47,012 bases of DNA. Origin: Candidatus Heimdallarchaeota archaeon. Lineage in GTDB: Archaea; Asgardarchaeota; Heimdallarchaeia; Hodarchaeales; Hodarchaeaceae. Shown piece after piece: positions 40,418-47,012 of this stretch. The translations under genes were made by a program, and so were the position numbers. The stretch lies in assembly GCA_048881705.1 (NCBI GenBank), contig JBHLSH010000020.1, positions 1-47,012 of the forward strand, in the 5' to 3' direction. Within the stretch, counting starts at the first letter, position 1. Each line of letters starts with the position of its first letter. The notes under the pieces are model-generated. The model had not been told where the DNA came from. It made no database searches and saw nothing but the letters and a program-made list of their open reading frames with translations.

Positions 40418-41737
40418 TCAAGCAGCCATTTTAAGCCTTTTCCCCTCAATTGCTTTACTTGAAAGGTAGCGATGAACCCAAATCAAGGGGAAGAATGAAC
40501 AAGCCAGAATAATTGCCTCGAGTATGAATAACAACTGAAATGAATTGCCCAACATAACTAATGCCGAGAAAAAACTAGCACTAGACCGCCCTACAGTTGT
40601 TATCAATCCAAACAATGCCAATAAGAGAGTTCGGGTCTTAGGATGTTTTGCACACACATCGAGCATCATTGCTGTGGAAGGAGTTGTAAGTAGCCCCAAA
40701 CCCACCCCAAATATTGCAACACTTAAGAGGAATAACTGTTGTATCTGAGGTAGACCTAGAATACTGTTAACCGATGATGTTCCAAGGAAAGCTATCATTA
40801 GTAATCCCAAACCGCCGATAACCGTCCCAATTGCCGAGAGTAGCAATCTTCCGATCTTCTTTTCAATAAAAAAAGCCAATGGGATGAAGATCAAGGTTGT
40901 CACTCCCCAAACTGCCGCTAATCCTCCAATATTATCCTCTGTGAAATTAAAAGTTGAAACGGCATATGGTTCCAACACCGCGTCCTGAGCAAACAAGCCT
41001 ATCAAGAAGAGAACAAGAAAAAAACTCATTGCGACCACTTCTCTTTTTGATAATTGCTCCTTTATCAGCTGAATTGATCGTCCAATGTTTAACTGCTTTT
41101 TCGTATTCTCTACTATCTCTGAGCTGCGTTCTCTAATAGCTAGAACAGAAATAATTCCAAATAAAAGGCTAATTCCAGCGAGCAGTACAAAAAACCCCTC
41201 AAATCTCAACCGACCATAAAGAACGGCGCCTAAAATTCCCCCAGCTGCAAAACCCAGCAACCGGAAAAATTGGATATTTGCAGCGACTTTACCACGTTCC
41301 ACTGAGGTAGATATATCGATGAGATATGCATCCGTCATCGTTGCAACGGTCGCTGATCCCACTGTAAAAAGGATCATACCAAACAGGATTGCTAAAGACC
41401 CTAAAGTCTGAGAAACAAACACTAATCCCGAAGTTTGAGCCACTAAACCAACAATTATATAATTACGGTGATAAGATCCAAATAAAGGATACCTGTCTCC
41501 TAAAAATCCTATCAATAGGCGAAAAACTTCAAATAAAGTCGCTATTCCTATTAACAATGCAATTATGGTCGGTTCCCATCCGATAATTGCTAGTTGTGCT
41601 GGAATAAAGGTGCTGATCCCAATAGTCCCTAAACTCACTGCGACATGAATCATTGAGACAGGGATTAACCGAAGCACTCCTGTTTGCACATAGAGAGTTA
41701 TTGTTTGATCTTGTGGAGTTGGAGAAGGTTGTTTCAT
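40418..41737 (-). CDS. MFS transporter of the PucC/BCD family
   Basis: About 12 TM segments. FRLLIGFLGDRYPLFGSYHRNYII resembles the PucC 'G.SD...G..RR.PYI' motif. Confidence 0.65.
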   Translation of the reverse strand: MKQPSPTPQDQTITLYVQTGVLRLIPVSMIHVAVSLGTIGISTFIPAQLAIIGWEPTIIALLIGIATLFEVFRLLIGFLGDRYPLFGSYHRNYIIVGLVAQTSGLVFVSQTLGSLAILFGMILFTVGSATVATMTDAYLIDISTSVERGKVAANIQFFRLLGFAAGGILGAVLYGRLRFEGFFVLLAGISLLFGIISVLAIRERSSEIVENTKKQLNIGRSIQLIKEQLSKREVVAMSFFLVLFLIGLFAQDAVLEPYAVSTFNFTEDNIGGLAAVWGVTTLIFIPLAFFIEKKIGRLLLSAIGTVIGGLGLLMIAFLGTSSVNSILGLPQIQQLFLLSVAIFGVGLGLLTTPSTAMMLDVCAKHPKTRTLLLALFGLITTVGRSSASFFSALVMLGNSFQLLFILEAIILACSFFPLIWVHRYLSSKAIEGKRLKMAA

Positions 41738-41833
41738 GTCAGAAAGCGCAACCTAGAGTCTGTACATTTACCTAATCGGGGAACGTGGTTGAGTTATCAA
41801 ATAATGATCGTGAGCACTGAAGGATATCACTTG

Positions 41834-42664
41834 TCATGCCTCTAAAGCAAAAGACCGCATAGAAAGGCTTCCAGCTTGGATCCCTTCATGAAAATTATGC
41901 ACTGTTTCGCCCGCTCGTAACGTCCCCAACACAAAGTAAATTGGGTCAAAATGTTCAGTTGTCGGCGCGGCCATCTTGAAATTGGGCGCTTTTTCCGGAG
42001 CCTGTAATAACATGTCTACTTCTAAGTTATCTAGCCTCTCTTTGATCCATTCATCCGTTTCTTGTGCCCAGACATCAACGGAACCACTTGATGTTAAAGC
42101 GGAAGGGCCTAGGTTCCCTTGACGCAGCTGGTACATTACATAGGGCAAATTATGGACGAGATTTCCGCTACCCATGAATAAAATGCCCTCCTCTCGAAGT
42201 GGGCTAAGGATAGCTCCAATTTTAAACATGTTTTCTGGGCTACGGGGAATCGGGATGGACAATTGAAGGACTGGAATGTCTGCTTCCGGATACATTAACC
42301 GCAATGGAACCCATGTTCCGTGATCAAGTCCTTGCTGGGAATTAAGAGTTGTTTCCCACCCCTCTGAGTTTAACATCGTAGCAATTCTTATGGCAAGTTT
42401 GGGATTTCCTGGTGCATTATATTCCAGGCGATACAATTCATCTGGAAAGCCATAGAAATCATAAATCACACCAGGGGTTGAAGCACTCGTAATTTGCAGG
42501 GGAATATATTGTTCCCAGTGCGCTGATACGGTTACAATTGCCGATATATCGTCAATACTAGATGCATACTGTGCTACATCAGTTTGATACCTTCCTGTTT
42601 CAATAGCATTGGTAGGACTGCCATGGCCAATGTAAATAGAAGGTAAGACATCTTTATTTATCAT
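41834..42664 (-). CDS. LigB-family extradiol dioxygenase (4,5-DOPA dioxygenase/YgiD-like)
   Basis: YIGHGSP, VSAHW, IYDFYGFP, GLDHGTWVPL, GSGNLVHNL, PTTEHF. Confidence 0.92.
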   Translation of the reverse strand: MINKDVLPSIYIGHGSPTNAIETGRYQTDVAQYASSIDDISAIVTVSAHWEQYIPLQITSASTPGVIYDFYGFPDELYRLEYNAPGNPKLAIRIATMLNSEGWETTLNSQQGLDHGTWVPLRLMYPEADIPVLQLSIPIPRSPENMFKIGAILSPLREEGILFMGSGNLVHNLPYVMYQLRQGNLGPSALTSSGSVDVWAQETDEWIKERLDNLEVDMLLQAPEKAPNFKMAAPTTEHFDPIYFVLGTLRAGETVHNFHEGIQAGSLSMRSFALEA

Positions 42665-42937
42665 GAGAAGCTCTCAAGTTCCCTTGTTAAGCATTTATTT
42701 ATGTTCTTCATTTTGAAATTCGGGGGGAAGAAAAAATAAGATAGTTTGATGACCACTCCTACATCCCAGCAGAATGTTCCAATCTCTGGACCGCTCGCTA
42801 TAACATTATTATCCACCCTCCTTTGTAGATCTTCAAAGATTTCGGACTTTTTCGTTGTAAATCTTTTTTAGTTGATCATGATGGAGTAAGCTTTTTAAGC
42901 TTGACTTAACAAAGTAAACTTGTTAAGGTTGATTATA

Positions 42938-43582
42938 ATGAGTAAACATAGCAAGATTGACCAGCTATATTTCATTCTAACAGCTGACATCGTGCATTCA
43001 AGAAAAGTTCCAAACCGATTAGAGGTTCAACAAGAAATTAAGAGAACATTAGAGTACGTCAACACGAAGTTGTCAGACCAAATCCTGTGTCCTTTTGTCA
43101 TTGTTTGGGGAGATTCCTTTCAAAGTGCGCTCACCTCTCTCAAGGGTTTTTATAATATTGTAGAAACACTCGAAGAGAAAATTCCAGTAGCGTTTCGTAT
43201 TGGAATAGGGATTGGGAAAATCTCAACTACTTTTTCTCCCAATGTGATGGAAATGGATGGCCCCGCTTTTCATAACTCGAAACTGGCTCTCCAGATAGCA
43301 GAAAAGAATAACTATCATGTTTGGGTTCAATCCGGAAATGATCAGGTTGATAGAATGGTCAACACTGTACTTATTTTGTTTTATGTTGTAAAAAGTCGAT
43401 GGACCACGCACCAAAAAGAGATTATCCATCTTAGACGCCAAGGAATGACATATGATGCCATTGGCAAAGTCAAAGGAATTACTAAGCAGGCGGTTAACAA
43501 GACACTTAAAACGGCTGGGTGGTCAGCGGTCTCCTTTGCAACTGACAGTCTGAATGATGTGATTTTCACATTCTTTGAATGA
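42938..43582 (+). CDS. SatD-family protein (cyclase-like palm domain plus C-terminal HTH)
   Basis: LTADIVHSRK, WGDSFQ, RIGIGIG, MDGPAFH, and C-terminal TYDAIGKVKGITKQAVNK HTH. The ORF opens at 42920. Confidence 0.85.
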   Translation: MSKHSKIDQLYFILTADIVHSRKVPNRLEVQQEIKRTLEYVNTKLSDQILCPFVIVWGDSFQSALTSLKGFYNIVETLEEKIPVAFRIGIGIGKISTTFSPNVMEMDGPAFHNSKLALQIAEKNNYHVWVQSGNDQVDRMVNTVLILFYVVKSRWTTHQKEIIHLRRQGMTYDAIGKVKGITKQAVNKTLKTAGWSAVSFATDSLNDVIFTFFE

Positions 43583-44004
43583 TTGGAGGACGCCTAATGA
43601 TCGAAACTTCATTACTTATCACTATTGGGCTCCTTGTAATTGGGGCCTACTTTGTCGTGGTATTTGGTGGGGTACTCTTTGTTGGCTTTTTTCTAAAACT
43701 CTTGAAAGTGTCTCCAGAGATAGGTTTGGACGGGGGCCTCCCTAGAGCAGGAACGCTTGTGGGTATGACAGAACGGGCCATAGTTCTCACTTTTGGGTTG
43801 TTAGGAGAATATGGCGCGATTTCGTTTGTCTTTGCGGCCAAATCTATGGCCCGCTTCAAACAGCTAGAAAACCGACACTTTGCTGAATATTATTTAATTG
43901 GTACATTACTGAGCTTCTTTCTTGCGTTAATTGCTGCGATTATAACTCAGATCGTTTTTGGCTTGTATTTGGCGCCCCTCATTCCCGAAGGAACCTTGAT
44001 CTAG
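43579..44004 (+). CDS. Membrane protein, DUF3307-like partner of SatD
   Basis: Overlaps the satD stop. AGTLVGMTER, FAAKSMARF, AEYYLIGTLLSF. Confidence 0.8.
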   Translation: MIGGRLMIETSLLITIGLLVIGAYFVVVFGGVLFVGFFLKLLKVSPEIGLDGGLPRAGTLVGMTERAIVLTFGLLGEYGAISFVFAAKSMARFKQLENRHFAEYYLIGTLLSFFLALIAAIITQIVFGLYLAPLIPEGTLI

Positions 44005-44084
44005 ATTATTCTTTACTGTCAACGATTTTTTCAACTTAGATATTATACAGGGTTCTCCTTCACTTTCAATTAGCGGATAATTGA

Positions 44085-44618
44085 TTATTCCCACCTAGAT
44101 CCAAAATAATTCTTCCTAAATAGTGGCCTAGAATTATCAGGTTCTTTCCTTTCTTTACGACGAACCGCCGCATGAATCCAAGATTGAATGGATGAGAGTT
44201 TTTCTGTCCAATGGTAGATCCTAGCATATCGATTCGTAATATTATCATATAATCGCGGGGGGATAAGAGAAGGTTCAACCTTTTTACCAGAGAAATTGGG
44301 ATGCGTTGGAAGAATGAGACCCATAAGGCCGGATCGGGGAATTTTCTGTATCTTCTGAATACTTGCAGCAATCTCCCAATCAATCTGTTTTTGCTTCCAT
44401 GTTTCTTTTCCTACAAGAACAATTGTTACCGTTGAATCTCTTAGATATTTGGTTCTAATTTTCGCGATAATTGCTTCCATTTCAGAATGGGAATCAATGT
44501 CTTCGGTCTGGATTTGATTTGAAACAACGATACTTCCCCCTTTTTCTTCAAATCGTTTCTTATAGTCTTCATCATTCTCGTGGTGATAGCTTACGAAGAC
44601 ACGATATCTTTTCCTCAT
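44085..44618 (-). CDS. TIR-domain protein (MTH538/DUF1863, Thoeris ThsB-like)
   Basis: RVFVSYHH, IRTKYLRDSTVTIVLVG, IDWEI (catalytic Glu position), RSGLMGLILP. Confidence 0.88.
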   Translation of the reverse strand: MRKRYRVFVSYHHENDEDYKKRFEEKGGSIVVSNQIQTEDIDSHSEMEAIIAKIRTKYLRDSTVTIVLVGKETWKQKQIDWEIAASIQKIQKIPRSGLMGLILPTHPNFSGKKVEPSLIPPRLYDNITNRYARIYHWTEKLSSIQSWIHAAVRRKERKEPDNSRPLFRKNYFGSRWE

Positions 44619-44820
44619 TAGATTTCCTCTAGTAGTTTTTTGACTCTACGATTCGGCTCCTCAATTTTCTTAATAGATTTTTCTCCAGCTTCTCTTCTTG
44701 TAGTAATTCTATCTTTCAAACAATATTAGAAACGGTAATATCTTCAGGGCAGAATATTTCAAATATCGCTCTGATAGATGGAAGAAAAGCATTTTATACT
44801 CACACCTAGCTGATAAATTT

Positions 44821-45246
44821 ATGCCTGAATTAAAAACAAAGAAAAGTCATCAGAACGTTGAGGAATTTATTAACTCTGTAACTGATCCAATCCGTCGTAA
44901 TGATTGTCTTGAGATCCTAAAATTAATGGAGGATGTAACCCAGGAAGCCCCTAGGATGTGGGGAAACAGCATTGTGGGATTTGGAGAATATCAGTATAAA
45001 TATAAGAGTGGACACGAAGGAGAATGGTTTTTAATAGGATTCTCTCCCCGAAAACAAAATCTCACCCTATATGTTATGTCAGGATTTGCAAGATATGAAG
45101 ATTTACTACAAGATTTAGGGAAATATAAAACAGGCAAATCCTGCTTGTATATCAAACGACTTTCTGATGTTAACAAAGAAAGGCTTAAGCAATTGGCTAT
45201 TGAATCCGTGAAATACATGAAAGAAACGTATTCTCCCAAAATCTAG
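44821..45246 (+). CDS. DUF1801 (YdhG-like) protein
   Basis: PRMWGNSIVGFGEY, GFSPRKQNLTLY, LGKYKTGKSCLYIKRLSDV. Confidence 0.88.
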   Translation: MPELKTKKSHQNVEEFINSVTDPIRRNDCLEILKLMEDVTQEAPRMWGNSIVGFGEYQYKYKSGHEGEWFLIGFSPRKQNLTLYVMSGFARYEDLLQDLGKYKTGKSCLYIKRLSDVNKERLKQLAIESVKYMKETYSPKI

Positions 45247-45314
45247 GCCCTCAGAGTATCTGTAAGACTGAAGATATCTATGGTTTTTATTGCTTGATGA
45301 AAAGAGACTGATAA

Positions 45315-46097
45315 ATGAGACGGAGCAAATCTGGGTTTAGACCTACAAAACGTTTTTCTGATAAGGCAAGATTTTATCATATATACCGCCCAAGGTACCC
45401 AATCAAAGTCTTAAAGCTACTAAAAGCCGAGATCGGGTTGAAACCCTCTTGGATAATTGCTGACCTTGGTTCTGGGACTGGAATTCTTTCGAAAGTATTT
45501 TTGAAGAATGGTAATACAGTATTTTGTGTAGAACCAAATAATGAAATGAGAAAAATCGCTGAGAGTAATTTGGCAGGTTACGGCGAACAATTCAAGAATA
45601 TAAACGGGACCGCAGAATCTACAACTCTCAAGAATCGCAGTGTTAATTTGATTACAGCTGGACAGGCCTTTCACTGGTTTGAGGTAGAGCCTGCAAAGGA
45701 CGAGTTTAAACGGATTTTAGAACCCCCGGGCTATGTTTTTCTTGCGTGGAATTCTCGTGATCAAAATAGTTCTCTTTTCATGAGAGAAATTGAAGAACTT
45801 ATCATCAGATTCGGAACTGACTATAAGGAAGTAGCACGAACCTCTGGCGAAGATGACCCGGTAAGCATCCTCTTTTCTCCCAATTCATACAAAAAAGTCA
45901 CACTCCCGACCCATCAGATCTTTGATTACCTAGGTTTAGAAGGAAGGATTCGAACCGTCTCATATTTACCTTCCGAGCCGCATCCGAGGTTTTCCGATCT
46001 CATTCAAGAATTGAAATCCATCTTTAAACGAAACCAAATCGATGGAAAAGTCAAATTTGAATACAAAACAGAGCTTTATCTCGGGCAACTATTTTGA
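45315..46097 (+). CDS. Class I SAM-dependent methyltransferase
   Basis: YHIYRPRYP, ADLGSGTG, VEPN, ITAGQAFHWF. Confidence 0.92.
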   Translation: MRRSKSGFRPTKRFSDKARFYHIYRPRYPIKVLKLLKAEIGLKPSWIIADLGSGTGILSKVFLKNGNTVFCVEPNNEMRKIAESNLAGYGEQFKNINGTAESTTLKNRSVNLITAGQAFHWFEVEPAKDEFKRILEPPGYVFLAWNSRDQNSSLFMREIEELIIRFGTDYKEVARTSGEDDPVSILFSPNSYKKVTLPTHQIFDYLGLEGRIRTVSYLPSEPHPRFSDLIQELKSIFKRNQIDGKVKFEYKTELYLGQLF

Positions 46098-46132
46098 AGA
46101 AACTACCCCTCCTAAATTATCCAAATACGGGG

Positions 46133-46486
46133 TCAAAAATAATGGTGGGATATCCTTTGACCTACTCGATGTTTTTTAAGTAATTCCTTGTATTCTTTGC
46201 TATTTTGATAGTCTGGGATTACTCCATGGGATTTCAGGAAACCTTGGCTCCCAGGATGCTCCCCTTATCAGCAATAACGACTCTCGAGATTTTCATGAAG
46301 ATAGTCTTCTTGCATTCTCAATCGCGTCGATTCCGGCATAAAGAATTACACTTCCTTTTGATGAAACTGGTTTCTTCCACGACCAATGATTTTCCTATTT
46401 AGGACTAATACTTATCCAGGGGGAATTCCTTTTTCTTTGTAACCTAATCGTGCTTCTTGAAAAGCAACTTTCATGTAATCGTTCAT
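46133..46486 (-). pseudogene. Cytosine/nucleoside deaminase pseudogene
   Basis: MNDYMKVAFQEARLGYKEKGIPPG*VLVLNRKIIGRGRN..QK / SVILYAGIDAIENARRL / ISRVVIAD / FLKSHGV. Nonsense TAA at 46412-46414, at least three frame changes, HAE replaced by YAG, and the PCxxC segment missing. Confidence 0.8.
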
Positions 46487-46628
46487 TCTCAGCGGTCTTT
46501 AATCCAAGCTACGATAATCGCAAAGCTGTTTTTATATAGCGGCTATAGACAGAAACGGGTTCTAGAGCATCTTCAGACTCAATGTAATCTTTTTTTTTCT
46601 TATAATTCGGCATAAATGTTGGAGAAAA

Positions 46629-47012
46629 ATGAAAAATATAGCGACTTCCCACTCCAGAATGATTAAAAGCATATTAGTTATGATTATTTTATTTGGTACC
46701 AATATTGGCGGGACATTAGAGGTATTAGCTAACTCAGGGCATCCAATATCTGACAATGTCAATAAAAAGAATATAATCGTACTTTACGATGCCAAAGATC
46801 CTTATATCCAACAATTAGTAAACAATTACGTTGATATGGTTCGTGTCAGTTATTCCTCAATCGAGAAGCGTTCTATAGATTCCTCGAAAGAACTGTATTC
46901 AAATATGATGATTTCAGCCTGGGCTATAGTTTATTTTTTTCATGGTGATAAAAATGGGATATCAACTCCGGATTCACACATTCCATGGATAGACGTAGCA
47001 AACGTAGTGAAT
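46629..47012 (+). CDS. Secreted protein, 5' part (truncated by window end; absent from the ORF track)
   Basis: GGAGA then ATG at 46629. The frame is open for 128 codons to the window end and has a signal-like ILVMIILFG segment. Confidence 0.65.
   Translation, partial: MKNIATSHSRMIKSILVMIILFGTNIGGTLEVLANSGHPISDNVNKKNIIVLYDAKDPYIQQLVNNYVDMVRVSYSSIEKRSIDSSKELYSNMMISAWAIVYFFHGDKNGISTPDSHIPWIDVANVVN

Noticed and set aside
29083-47012. Integrated mobile element or defence island boundaries
   Set aside because: No integrase, transposase, terminal repeats or duplicated tRNA 3' end were seen, and defence-like genes are interspersed with metabolic ones.

Overview
Archaeal chromosomal window, most likely from an Asgard archaeon (Heimdallarchaeia-like). 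That assignment is an inference from the Rab-like GTPase plus Roadblock genes, the stand-alone divergent 16S and the archaeal information genes; it is not a database result. Left half: end of rpl13, rps9, a tRNA-Ile(GAU) with a D-loop intron, a divergently arranged pilus/secretion-like locus (large glycoprotein, TadB/C-ArlJ-like platform, VirB11/CpaF-like ATPase, VirB2-like hairpin membrane proteins), rpoA'-rpoA''-rpl30e-nusA-rps12, a HerA/VirB4-like ATPase, and an unlinked 16S rRNA with its own bulge-helix-bulge (BHB) processing stem and a structured leader. Middle: a tight Rab-like GTPase/KaiC-like ATPase/Roadblock/FIST/MFS operon, an orphan Flp-like class III pilin, an intron-containing tRNA-Ala(UGC), and a Dim2-Rio1-Csl4-METTL5 cluster. 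Right half: an accessory region with a nuclease-less type IIG-like methyltransferase, a BNR propeller plus ubiquitin-like pair, assorted enzymes and transporters, a SatD (cyclase-like) plus membrane protein pair facing a ThsB-like TIR gene, and a decayed cytosine deaminase pseudogene missed by the ORF track. No CRISPR array, transposase or integrase was seen. All calls come from motif recognition by eye; no searches were run.
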